Below are positions 29,497 through 39,387 of a stretch of DNA of 64,000 bases, piece after piece. The stretch comes from a virus (taxonomy: Duplodnaviria > Heunggongvirae > Uroviricota > Caudoviricetes), in IMG/VR virus record IMGVR_UViG_2526164631_000023; one strand, written 5' to 3'. The position numbers and the translations under genes were made by a program. A model generated the notes under the pieces. That model was not told the DNA's origin, ran no database searches, and saw only the letters and a program-made list of their open reading frames with translations. Position 1 is the first letter of the stretch; each line of letters begins with the position of its first letter.

Positions 29497-30106
29497 GAAT
29501 AATTATGTTCTTCTTAATTATGATGAGTTAAACGAAAAGGGGCTGTCAAAACTCGTCAAAGAAATCAGCAAAGGTGGTTACAAGATAGCGAGGGTGATCC
29601 CTGCAAGTAATGGCAGGAAGAAAGATGGGATCATGACGCGCACGTTTACCCTTATTGGTATTGATGAACAGACAATGGAAGTTCAGGTTAACGATACCGG
29701 TGATATATCTGGGATCAAACTGAATGGTAAAACAGTACCGTTCAAGCCAGTAAAAACAATGTCGGCTTTGGGGCAATCTCTTGCGGCTTTATTTAATCGC
29801 GGAGCAACTTCTTTCCAGAAGTCATTAGCTCGAAAACTTGCTCGTGCAGCAAAAAATATTGATGACGGAAATAAGAAGCGGCAGGGAGTTAAATCTAACG
29901 CTCAGAAATTAGCTGAAGCGAAAGAATCACGTGATGCACTCCGTGAAGATATCGCTAATGCTAACGACAAACTGTCTAAACTCCAGAGCAAGTCAGACAA
30001 AGTAATGCAAGATACGGGTAATGTTAAAGCTGCCTTGTCTCAGGAAGTAGCTAAGACACGTGCTCTTAAAGAAGAAATCGCGCGCCTGGAGGATGAGCAT
30101 GATTAA
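29471..30106 (+). CDS. coiled-coil hypothetical protein
   Basis: ORF track; likely start MSNKNNYVLL at about 29486. Confidence 0.35.
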   Translation: MKETGMSNKNNYVLLNYDELNEKGLSKLVKEISKGGYKIARVIPASNGRKKDGIMTRTFTLIGIDEQTMEVQVNDTGDISGIKLNGKTVPFKPVKTMSALGQSLAALFNRGATSFQKSLARKLARAAKNIDDGNKKRQGVKSNAQKLAEAKESRDALREDIANANDKLSKLQSKSDKVMQDTGNVKAALSQEVAKTRALKEEIARLEDEHD

Positions 30107-32035
30107 CAATCCTTTACGAATTAATATTCAGTCTACTTTTGCTGATACGATCCCCGGCTATATGCCAAGTCGCTGGTCTTCAGAAGAATTAAGCGAAGAT
30201 GACCTGATTTTTGAGGCGGCGACCTTAGAAGATATTGAGCTTGCCTATATGGGCAATGAAATTCTGGTTGTGTCTGACGAAGCTATGTTTGAGTCCATAA
30301 CTACAACCAGAATTCGGTTAGCTCAAACAATGCGAGCTTTCGTCCGTGCGCTGAATCGTGGCCTGAATGGTACGAATATTATGGCAGGGACTGATGAAGC
30401 CGGGACCGATGAAAATGGACGTAATTGTATTGGTGGTGCGATTATCGGTCGTGTACGTCGGGTAGCTAATATCCCTGTTTTGACCGCGCAGATACCGCTT
30501 ACTGACGGGCAGAGTACAAGCATAATTTTCCACTCTCCAACAGCTGACGGGGCAAAAATAAAGAGTAACGACGAGCTTGTTGCATTTCAGTTTTTACTTA
30601 ATAAGCGTAACGTAACTCACGTTGTCGCCCCGATTGGTGGGAGAGATGTTTCTTTAAGCCAGGTATGCCAGGCGCTATCTAATTTGATTGAGCGTAACAG
30701 CGAAAAATTTAAGAAGGCAAAAGAGCGCCAGGACAAAATGAAGGCAGATATTGAGAGTTATCTCAATGAAGCAGATAAACTGGCAGAAGAACGGTCAATA
30801 ATGATTGATCAGGTGGACGTTGCGCAACGTGGGCTGACTGAAAAGCGTGCTGCTCTTACGGAGATGCAAAAAAACTTGATGCCCAGAAAGCCATCAACGA
30901 GGAATTACAAGCAAAACGCGATAAATTGTTGTCTGCTAAAGGTGAAAAAACGAAAGAACGAGCGTTTAGCGACCAGCTGCGACATGTAAAACATAATCTT
31001 GCCATTGACGGAAAAACAGTGCTGGATAATGGCGCTGAAGTTAATTATGTCACGTCCGGCAGTGACAATTTCGTTACGATAGTAGCACCTGAAGGTAAAT
31101 TCAGTATTGATGCCAGTGCTGTCAAAGGAGGCAGTTTGGCAGATGCTGCAACCAAATTACTTAAAGCCTACCGAGAGCATAACGCAGATAAATATAAAGT
31201 TGATGTGTTACCAGGCCAGCAGGAAGACCCCGAACCACCACAGACAGACCCCGAGACGAACCCAGTATCACAACCAGAGAGCCAGGATGTAGGTAAATAC
31301 CACTATGCACTTCAATCTCGCCCGGCTGGTGTTGGTGCTGTGCCGGATGGAAATAAAGCCGTGCTTGATCGTCCTGACCAGGCTGATCAGTATTACGAAT
31401 ATGCTCGTCACGGTATCATTACGTATGACCGTAAACTGACAGATGAAGAAGTCAGCCAGTACGAGTTGCTCTATCTTCCTGATGAAGATGAGCTGAAAGA
31501 TTTTGCAGGCCAATTGGTTGTGTCCAGCATGTCGAAACATATTGATGGCTATGTAGACCTGTTTGGCAGTGACCTGAAAACATTCAAGGCGCAAGTGAAA
31601 ATTCTTTTCCGCAAAGCGTTTCCAAACGTGGCGTATCCACTTGGTGATGGGGAGAACCTTTTCATTATGGACGTATATAACGCCCTTCAAAATCATTCAA
31701 ACGAAGTAACGCCAGAGCCTGAATTAGCACCTGTAGTTGAGCCAGAATCACACCCACAAACAGCACCAGAGCAACAGCCAACGCCGGAAGACGCTGAAGA
31801 AGCGGCAACTGAAGCTGATCAGGAAGCAGATAAAGCACTGGAGTACCTAAAATCCGTCCCGGTGCAGTTTACATCTCGCGATCTGACGGTAATCAGTGCC
31901 GAACTTGACCATGTGCAGGAAGCTGCAAACGCTCTTATCAGTGCTGGTCGATACGACGAGAACGAATCAACGGTTGGCGCAGCAGTTGACTACCTGATCA
32001 ACATTCTGGCTGAAATTCAGCAGGGAGGTGCTTAA
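30093..32035 (+). CDS. virion/anti-restriction-operon protein split by a -1 frame change at A_AAA_AAC (30869-30875); zero-frame product about 298 aa, shifted product about 647 aa
   Basis: ORFs 30060..30989 and 30926..32035 overlap; coherent coiled-coil sequence continues across the A7 run only in the -1 frame (…TEMQKK LDAQKAINEELQAKRDKLL…). Confidence 0.45.
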
Positions 32036-32409
32036 TGACTATCTCTGTTTTAGACCGTCTGAAATTGGGTAAAGAGCTATCAGATTTAATGCAGGCGCAG
32101 AAAACCGCGCCAGTATTACAACGCGTCGCCATTGGTAAGCAGATTGTTGATCTGATGCTTAAACTGGGGTTGGGTACTGCCGCTCAACCGATGTCGGAAC
32201 CGCAACCACAACCACAGTCTGATCCTGTTGCAGATGAAGTTCCTAAGATAGTGACTGACTTCCTGGGCGGCGTGTTCACAAAGTCCACACAAATGGAATT
32301 TATTGATGCGCTGCGTGGGATCTCAAACTATGTTGGCGAGTTCCTTACGTTGGAGCAGGCTAAAGAACAGACCATAAGCTGGGTGAAAGCCAACGGTTAT
32401 GCCGGGTAA
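32035..32409 (+). CDS. hypothetical protein
   Basis: 124 aa; ATGA start/stop overlap; hairpin terminator follows at about 32413-32435. Confidence 0.35.
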   Translation: MTISVLDRLKLGKELSDLMQAQKTAPVLQRVAIGKQIVDLMLKLGLGTAAQPMSEPQPQPQSDPVADEVPKIVTDFLGGVFTKSTQMEFIDALRGISNYVGEFLTLEQAKEQTISWVKANGYAG

Positions 32410-32491
32410 TCAAAAGGGGGCGAAATGCCCCTTTCACTTCTCTGTTCTCACATAAATCACACTCTTTTTACACTCACAGCTTTCTCTATAG

Positions 32492-33889
32492 TTGGAGTGT
32501 ATTTTGAACAAATCAGTTACTTCTGCGCTTTCCGAGGCCGCAGATATTAACAGCGTCATTGCTCTGGTTTCTTCATTAGAGAGGAAAGAAACACGCCTGG
32601 GGCGAAGTAGCTACGTAGTCACCAGCAAAGGTGCAGAGGTAAAGACGGCTTTTAAGGTCGTTGATGCCAGCAGTCTGATCATTTCGAACAACCTTGACGG
32701 TATGATTAACCCGGCCTTCCCGGAAGAACTCCAACCACGAGATCGTACCCGGCTATCCAGCAAACTCCAGGTTAACCGTATTGCCTCCAATTTACGCCCG
32801 GCACAATTAACGGATTCCGGTATGAGCAGCCACGGAGCGCCGATAGTTGGTCCGGACAACGTTGTTGAATCCGGCAACGGAAGGAGTATGGGTATCTGGC
32901 GTGCCTATGAGCAAGGACAGGCGGATGAGTATCGCCAGTACCTGATCGACCATGCGAAAGAGTTTGGTCTGAATCCTGACGAAATTTCGCAAATGTCTAT
33001 GCCCGTACTAGTGCGAGAAAGACTCACAGATGTAGACCGCGCTCAATTTGCCCGCGATTCAAACATTAGCGATCTGCAAGAGATGGCAGCAAGTGAAAAA
33101 GCGTATGCGGATGCGCAATTTCTCACTGAGAGCGTCATGGCGCTATTTAATCCTTCAGATGATGGAAATCTGCTGGCGCGGTCCAATGATGCGTTTATTC
33201 GTGCGTTTTTGCGCGAAATTGGCGATACAGCGACGGCAGGCTTGCTTACTGCCGATGGGCGTCCCACGAAACAGCTTATCGATCGCATCCAGAATGCAAT
33301 TTTTGCCAAAGCGTACAAGGATGAAAGGCTTGTTCGGCTAGTGTCGGAAGAGCCAGATCCGGAAATGCGTAATATCCTGACCGCATTAAATACGGCAGCC
33401 AGCGATTTTGCGCAAATGCAGTCGCTGTCTGGCGACGCTCACCATGACGCAGTAACAGGCTTAGTGGACGGTATAGAGCAGGTTAATGGCCTGGATACAC
33501 AGGCGATAGCAGCACTCCAGGAAGCAATTAATCTTGTACGTGAAGCCAAAGACAACGGTCAGGCCGTTGAAGAAGTGATCGCCCAAAGGGGGTTATTCGG
33601 CGACAGTACACCGGAAGCTGAGGCATTGGCGTTATTCATCGTAGCAAATAATCGCAGTGCGAAGCGTATGGGGGCAGCATTCAAAAAAATGGCGCAAAAA
33701 ATCAACGACGAGCTGACTCATAAACAACAGGCATTGGGCGATATGTTCGGCGGTGGCGATGTTGATCTGCGTCGTATTTTGTCTGCTGTATCTGATGAAA
33801 TTGAGGGTGAATTTGGCGAAGGGAAAGGTCTGAACTTTGCTATGTTTGAAAATTCTACAGATCTAAATAATTGCCGTACGGAAAACTAA
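32492..33889 (+). CDS. hypothetical protein with ParB/Srx-like N-terminal motif
   Basis: 465 aa; FPEELQPRDRTR resembles the ParB-like nuclease domain motif. Confidence 0.3.
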   Translation: MECILNKSVTSALSEAADINSVIALVSSLERKETRLGRSSYVVTSKGAEVKTAFKVVDASSLIISNNLDGMINPAFPEELQPRDRTRLSSKLQVNRIASNLRPAQLTDSGMSSHGAPIVGPDNVVESGNGRSMGIWRAYEQGQADEYRQYLIDHAKEFGLNPDEISQMSMPVLVRERLTDVDRAQFARDSNISDLQEMAASEKAYADAQFLTESVMALFNPSDDGNLLARSNDAFIRAFLREIGDTATAGLLTADGRPTKQLIDRIQNAIFAKAYKDERLVRLVSEEPDPEMRNILTALNTAASDFAQMQSLSGDAHHDAVTGLVDGIEQVNGLDTQAIAALQEAINLVREAKDNGQAVEEVIAQRGLFGDSTPEAEALALFIVANNRSAKRMGAAFKKMAQKINDELTHKQQALGDMFGGGDVDLRRILSAVSDEIEGEFGEGKGLNFAMFENSTDLNNCRTEN

Positions 33890-33953
33890 ACCAACCGCTG
33901 AAATCACATACTGATTATGCTGCCGCAAAACTGGAAACAATTTGCGGTGATTC

Positions 33954-35636
33954 ATGGCAACGAAAGACAAAAACAAAGGCTTTCTGTCAGCATTGAAGAA
34001 AGCCTTCAACGGTGGTGATGTTACGCCCGCCGATCCGGTCGTTTTTACGAGCGGACATAGTGTCGTTGCTCGTTCCGGCCTGTCTGCTTTACGTCCAGGC
34101 ATCCTGGGGAGCAATGGCGATGGCATTACGAGTGAAGCAGATTCAATTTCTTTATCCGCTGAACTGCCCGGCGAGCGCCTGCAAAAGTACAACATCCTGG
34201 AAACGATGGCTAAAAGCCCGACTATCTCGACGGCTTTAAACATTCACATTGCACATGCGCTTGCGCCTTCAAAAAAAACCGGACAAGCATTTATCCTTTC
34301 GCCAAAGGATGGTTCCGATGCCGAGGCAGTAAGTAGATGTGAAGAGTTAACCGCTGATTTGGGGGCGATGATTAATGACGGACTTCCTTCATGGGCCATG
34401 ATTATGGCGATCTTTGGGGTGTCTTATGTCCGACCTTATGCTGAACAGGGCAGGGGGATAACAGGCATTGAGTCCAGTTATTACACTCTGCCACACTTCG
34501 TCCAGGAGTTTTATCGTGGTAGCCAGCTGGTAGGTTTCAGTGGTGATTACATTCTGGATACGCATAGTTTGCGCAGAGTAATAACCGAACCGTGGAATCT
34601 GGTTTCCATGAAAAATCCCTATTGGACGCCACAGCATAAAGTTATTCCGGTTAGCTACGGCACAAAAGGGTACTCACTGTTAAGTGATCAGGCTGATAAG
34701 CCGTTAATGGAGACGCAGAATTACGGAACTTCATTCCTGGAATACAGCTATGAACCTTACCTTAATTTATGTGCTTCGCTCGCCGCGCTGAAATCAACGC
34801 GAAATAATGCAGCCAAAATTGACCGCCTGATTGCTCTTACGACGAACACACTGGACCCGGTTAATGCGGCGAACTATACGCGTGGCGTCAGCCAGGCATT
34901 GAAGCGTCATAGTGACCTGGTGGCGCAAAGGTCGATTAATGCCAACGCTATTCCGACTGTGCTTAACCATCTGATACCTGTTATGGGAGACGGGAAGAAC
35001 GGCATCACCATTGATACGCAATCCATACCCGCAGATATCAGTGGTATCGAAGACGTTATGTTTCACCTCCGGCAGCTTGCTGCAAGCCTCGGCATTGACG
35101 CAACAATGCTTGGCTGGGCTGATCAGATGAGCGGAGGGCTTGGAGAAGGCGGCTGGCAGCAAACTGCTATCCAGGCTGCATTGCGTGCGAACTGGATCAG
35201 ACAGGCCGCCCAGCGAACTATTTATCGGCTTCTGGACATTCACCTCGCTTATAAATACGGCAAGGTTTACACCGAAACAAACCGCCCTTATGACGTGCAA
35301 TTCAACTCAATGAACACAGCTATCCAGGAAGAGGAAAACCGAGAACTGGATGCACGCGCCAACTTTGTTGCTGTCATCTCCCAAATTATGGACCAGATCC
35401 AGAACAACCCGAAACTGGCTGGTAGCGACGCGTTTATGCGTTATCTGTTCACTGAGCAGTTGCACATCGACGATGACACTCTCAACACCATGATCAAAGA
35501 GTTTAAGGCGAATGAATCAGAGCAAAACAACGAGCATGGTATGTACGAATCCGCGCCGTTGTCGTCCGGTGACGATCCGGAAAACTGGACGCCAGAACAG
35601 TTAATAAACTTTGCAAAATTTGTGATGAGCAATTAA
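33954..35636 (+). CDS. putative portal protein
   Basis: 560 aa; size, acidic C-terminus and adjacency to a protease/scaffold-like gene; no motif proof. Confidence 0.3.
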   Translation: MATKDKNKGFLSALKKAFNGGDVTPADPVVFTSGHSVVARSGLSALRPGILGSNGDGITSEADSISLSAELPGERLQKYNILETMAKSPTISTALNIHIAHALAPSKKTGQAFILSPKDGSDAEAVSRCEELTADLGAMINDGLPSWAMIMAIFGVSYVRPYAEQGRGITGIESSYYTLPHFVQEFYRGSQLVGFSGDYILDTHSLRRVITEPWNLVSMKNPYWTPQHKVIPVSYGTKGYSLLSDQADKPLMETQNYGTSFLEYSYEPYLNLCASLAALKSTRNNAAKIDRLIALTTNTLDPVNAANYTRGVSQALKRHSDLVAQRSINANAIPTVLNHLIPVMGDGKNGITIDTQSIPADISGIEDVMFHLRQLAASLGIDATMLGWADQMSGGLGEGGWQQTAIQAALRANWIRQAAQRTIYRLLDIHLAYKYGKVYTETNRPYDVQFNSMNTAIQEEENRELDARANFVAVISQIMDQIQNNPKLAGSDAFMRYLFTEQLHIDDDTLNTMIKEFKANESEQNNEHGMYESAPLSSGDDPENWTPEQLINFAKFVMSN

Positions 35637-35649
35637 CCGGAGGGAAATA

Positions 35650-36648
35650 ATGCAATCACTGAATACTGTTACGGATCGCTTCTCCCTGGTAGAGAAAATC
35701 CGCAAACACACACCGCAGAACAACCGAAATTACGTCATTCAGTCGGTACGAGACACATTCAACTCGCCAGAAACAAAAGAGCGTATCGCGCTGGGTGAGA
35801 TGTATGGTTATTACGGTCATGGTCGCCGGGCGATGCACTATAACAAAACGAAAAGCCTGAACTTGCCGGAAGTCTCTGTTGTGATGGTAGATGGGAAGCC
35901 TGTTGTATTGGAGAACGTGCCGTCAAACAGGACTATCGACATTTCGATTGACGACAACGGCATTGTTACTCATACGCAGGAAATACTGAATACAGACACC
36001 GGGCATATTGTTCAGGGCATGATTAATTCTGGTGCTGGTGGTTGGTCGTGGGCTACATCTGGTCCAGATTCATCGGTATCCCTGGTAAAGTCTTTCCACG
36101 GCTTTGATTACGTAACTGTGCCTAACTATATCAGCCTCGACAAGAAAAGCCTGATGCTTGAATCAGCAGAAGAGCGCGATGCGGCTATTCATGCAGCACT
36201 TATCGAACAAGGTTTTACCGATAACGCTGCTACGGATCTGGTTCACCACTTTTCAGCAATGAAAAATCAGCAAGCCATGCTCGAATCTGCACATCGTGAA
36301 GCCCTGGAATCAGAATTGATGCTCCTTGAAGTGGAAAACATACAGCTTCGAGATAAGCTGCGCGCTCAAACAGCGATGATGGAAAGCCAGGGGGAAAATG
36401 CAAAGCAATGCCGCCGGATTTTGCGTGAAGCTATCCAGGAAATGCCTGTTTTTATCAGCGCAGAACAGCGCCGGGCGCTCTGCCGTATGCAGTCTGAAGA
36501 TGATGCCCGCATAGTGGCTGCGATGCTTGAATCTCTTGGGGCAAATGCTACTTATGGCTTACCGGTATCAGGCAAGAAAGAACCAGAGTTATCACCGAAG
36601 GAGAACAAAAACACTACCCCGTTACTCTTCGTTTCCAGAAGGGGGTAA
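35650..36648 (+). CDS. putative prohead protease/scaffold
   Basis: 332 aa; context only. Confidence 0.25.
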   Translation: MQSLNTVTDRFSLVEKIRKHTPQNNRNYVIQSVRDTFNSPETKERIALGEMYGYYGHGRRAMHYNKTKSLNLPEVSVVMVDGKPVVLENVPSNRTIDISIDDNGIVTHTQEILNTDTGHIVQGMINSGAGGWSWATSGPDSSVSLVKSFHGFDYVTVPNYISLDKKSLMLESAEERDAAIHAALIEQGFTDNAATDLVHHFSAMKNQQAMLESAHREALESELMLLEVENIQLRDKLRAQTAMMESQGENAKQCRRILREAIQEMPVFISAEQRRALCRMQSEDDARIVAAMLESLGANATYGLPVSGKKEPELSPKENKNTTPLLFVSRRG

Positions 36649-36666
36649 TCGCCTTGTTAAGTTAAA

Positions 36667-36675
36667 TTTCTAACA
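36667..36675 (-). promoter_or_regulatory. TGTTAGAAA motif copy (minus orientation)
   Basis: AAATTTCTAACATAG. Confidence 0.35.
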
Positions 36676-36761
36676 TAGTGTATTTATATACACTGTTGAT
36701 CCTGGTGGATGGGATCGAGTAGGATCGCGGTCACTGCTCCGGTAGCGACTGCCAAAAAAGC

Positions 36762-36788
36762 AAAAGCCGCTGAGAAGCGGCTTTTTGG
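36762..36788 (+). terminator. rho-independent terminator
   Basis: AAAAGCCGCTGAGAAGCGGCTTTTTGG. Confidence 0.6.
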
Positions 36789-36848
36789 GTGTATAAATCC
36801 ACTGCCATAGATTTATACGGTAGATAGATTTTTTCACGGAACTATCTG

Positions 36849-37337
36849 GTGAGTATTTTAAATTCAGTTTCAGTAACTTTCAACACTTCTGAGTATAAAA
36901 ACAACACTGAATACCACAAAAAAATCAAAGGTCATCAGTTGAGTTTTTTTGCTCGTCATAGCGGTCTTCTTTCCCCTTCACATAGCGCCATTATTGCCGA
37001 GTTCGCCAACCTGGCAGGGTCTACCGATGAATACATGATCCGTCGCTCATATGCTGATATGTCCGAGATTACAGGACGCAGTATTTCTACTGTGCGCCGG
37101 GCATTTGCTGAAGCGACGAAGTGCGGAATGCTTGTTAAGCAACATCAGGTAGCGAATAACAATGCCCAGGTGTGTAACGTATATCGGTTTACGACACAAT
37201 TTCTCCACTTCATTCATGTAGCAATGGAGATAGGGGGTAAGCAGGGCATCAAATTTGCCAACGCCACAAAACTGGTTAAGCAGTTGATTTCAAAGGTTCG
37301 TTATTTTTTGAAACTGGGACCCCCCTGTTCAAATTGA
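36849..37337 (+). CDS. HTH-domain protein (possible transcription regulator)
   Basis: 162 aa; MSEITGRSISTVRRAFAEA helix-turn-helix-like segment. Confidence 0.3.
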   Translation: MSILNSVSVTFNTSEYKNNTEYHKKIKGHQLSFFARHSGLLSPSHSAIIAEFANLAGSTDEYMIRRSYADMSEITGRSISTVRRAFAEATKCGMLVKQHQVANNNAQVCNVYRFTTQFLHFIHVAMEIGGKQGIKFANATKLVKQLISKVRYFLKLGPPCSN

Positions 37338-37810
37338 ACAAGTCCCCCCATGTTCAAAATGAACAGCCAATAGAAAATAAGAGTCACTCTATAGCCAAAA
37401 GAAGAGAAAGATCATGCGCGGTTCAGCCAAAGGCTTCACCAGCAGATAGTTCTCAAACGGCTAACGTGGTGCTGGATAAAAAACCAGTAATCAGGGAAGA
37501 ACATACCAACCACTGCCTGGCGGCGGCAAAAGCGAGAGCTGCAAAGCGTCGTTCAGACGAGGGGCACGCAAAACGGCAGGCTCTGTATCGTACCGCTGAA
37601 AAGCTGGCAAAAAAATTTGCATGGATACGTAGTGCCGCTACCGCAGTGAATAAGCCTAAACAATCCAGTGCCCTGGATTTCTCAATGGATTATTCTGGCT
37701 CCCAGGGGTGTGCAACCATTGGTGAAGCCTTTGACCTGATGAAACAGCGTGGCTATCGGTCTGAATTTGACCGTGAGGATTGGTCAATCCCGGCTGGCTT
37801 TAGGGGATGA
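37334..37810 (+). CDS. hypothetical basic protein
   Basis: 158 aa; ORF track. Confidence 0.3.
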   Translation: MNKSPHVQNEQPIENKSHSIAKRRERSCAVQPKASPADSSQTANVVLDKKPVIREEHTNHCLAAAKARAAKRRSDEGHAKRQALYRTAEKLAKKFAWIRSAATAVNKPKQSSALDFSMDYSGSQGCATIGEAFDLMKQRGYRSEFDREDWSIPAGFRG

Positions 37811-37862
37811 CCTGTGCGTCTACAAAACATCCCAATGATCGGAAAATGCTCGCTCAATAATT

Positions 37863-37873
37863 TGTGTTAGAAA
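37863..37873 (+). promoter_or_regulatory. TGTGTTAGAAA motif copy with partial inverted partner
   Basis: TTTGTGTTAGAAAATTAATTTGATGTTTCTAAATC. Confidence 0.4.
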
Positions 37874-37999
37874 ATTAATTTGATGTTTCTAAATCGGAAT
37901 GTATGATCTGCATCATCGACTGAAGTCATCCATTGCTGAAATTTTTAGTTGATCTTCCATGTTTTCAGGCTTATATTCATGTCGTCGTAGCAAATTCTG

Positions 38000-38200
38000 C
38001 GACCGGGTTTAGCAGCCTGAATACGAATGCGGACAACCGCAGATATCCGATATTGCGGTATTTTTGTGTCCGTAAAACCACGTTACGCCCGAATTATGGT
38101 GGGGCGTGATGGGGAGGCTTCGGCCTGCTGGTTTCATTCGTGCCAGTCTGCTAACCCCGTCACGTCCTGCCACCCGTTTAGCAGCGGGTGCGCAGGTTGT
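38000..38200 (+). ncRNA. candidate c4-like antisense RNA / structured leader
   Basis: GGGTTTAGCAGC (about 38004) and CGTTTAGCAGCGGG (about 38174) are both complementary to GTCTGCTAACCCC (about 38146); hairpin CACCCG-TTTAGCAG-CGGGTG. Confidence 0.2.
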
Positions 38201-38225
38201 TAAACCTACGAATGAGGCCGTAACT

Positions 38226-38450
38226 ATGGTTAATGCCAATCCTTGCTCGCGCCCGGAATTTATCTGGCGTTTCCACTCCCTGCAAAAACACTGCGATCAC
38301 TTCGCAATTGCCGCAACTGAAAAAGAAGCCCGTTCTCTGATCCCTGATCAACATGGCGTCCTGACTGGCCGTTTCTCTACTTCATCACAACCAAACACTA
38401 ATCCTTGGTATCGCAATATTACCAATCCCGGAATTGCGGAGGCACACTGA
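38226..38450 (+). CDS. small ORF translationally coupled to the antirepressor (P1 icd-like arrangement)
   Basis: 74 codons from ATG 38226 (GAGG RBS); stop TGA 38448-38450 overlaps the antirepressor ATG 38450 (TGATG). Confidence 0.3.
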   Translation: MVNANPCSRPEFIWRFHSLQKHCDHFAIAATEKEARSLIPDQHGVLTGRFSTSSQPNTNPWYRNITNPGIAEAH

Positions 38451-39157
38451 TGGATATCTGCATTCTTGAAAAGCCATCAATGACCAGCATTGAGATCGCG
38501 GAGCTGGTGGGAAAACGTCATGACAATGTGAAGCGTACCATTGAAACATTAGCCGAATCCGGCGTTATTGTTCGTCCTCAAATTGAGGATGAACCAAAAA
38601 TAGATGTAATGGGGCGTTCTCGATTAATTCAGGTGTTCCGATTTAGCGACGAGCAAGGCAAACGAGACAGTATCATTGTAGTCGCACAGCTTTGTCCTGA
38701 GTTTACTGCCCGGCTGGTGGACCGCTGGCGCGAACTGGAAGAACAAGCACGCCAGCCGTTGACCGAAATAGAGATGATCGCCGCAATGGCTGCAAATGCA
38801 GTTCAGCAGCAAAAGCGGCTTCATGTTGTTGAGTCAAAGGTTAGCCAGGTGGTAGAAACCGTCGAGCAAATCAAGAAGGGCAACATGCCGGAAGGTTACA
38901 TTGGCTACCGCCAGCTGGCGGCAAAATGCGGCCTGACCGAAGCCAAATGTCGCAACCTGGTTAACGCTTACCGGATTCCCACCGATACACATGAGTTTTT
39001 AACTCCAGAGGGGGTATTGTCGCGTCGTTCCATCGTGGCCTTATCTCCCTTCATGAATGCTTTTAACCGGATGATGTCGGAGGCTGAACACCGAGGAAAA
39101 CGCTGGTATCACCCCAAAATGGGGCAATTCCAGGTGATCGGTTGGGGAGGTGAGTGA
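38450..39157 (+). CDS. Rha-family antirepressor-like regulatory protein
   Basis: N-terminus MDICILEKPSMTSIEIAELVGKRHDNVKRTIETL matches the Rha domain; GGAGG RBS. Confidence 0.6.
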   Translation: MDICILEKPSMTSIEIAELVGKRHDNVKRTIETLAESGVIVRPQIEDEPKIDVMGRSRLIQVFRFSDEQGKRDSIIVVAQLCPEFTARLVDRWRELEEQARQPLTEIEMIAAMAANAVQQQKRLHVVESKVSQVVETVEQIKKGNMPEGYIGYRQLAAKCGLTEAKCRNLVNAYRIPTDTHEFLTPEGVLSRRSIVALSPFMNAFNRMMSEAEHRGKRWYHPKMGQFQVIGWGGE

Positions 39158-39354
39158 TGGACATCATGCAGGCGGTAAAAAAAATCAGGGAAGGACATGC
39201 TGAAGTGTGCCGCCGTAAAGCATGGAGTGTTGGTGTATGGGCCTGGCCTGATAATTACTCTACTACCGGATGGTTTTGTATTAATGGACTCCAGATCCGG
39301 GAAGTTGATTTATCGACGGCTGATATAGTCGGTAATGATTGGATCGTGACTTGA
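39154..39354 (+). CDS. DUF2829-like small protein (Tad2-like fold candidate)
   Basis: 66 aa; IMQAVKKIREGHAEVCRRKAW ... ADIVGNDWIV resembles the DUF2829 pattern (ALKALKEGKKVRRxGW ... DWEI). Confidence 0.4.
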   Translation: MMDIMQAVKKIREGHAEVCRRKAWSVGVWAWPDNYSTTGWFCINGLQIREVDLSTADIVGNDWIVT

Positions 39355-39363
39355 AGCGTGATG

Positions 39364-39387
39364 CCCCGGCCTGGCCGGGGCTTTTTT
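39364..39387. terminator. bidirectional rho-independent terminator
   Basis: CCCCGGCCTGGCCGGGGCTTTTTT. Confidence 0.6.
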
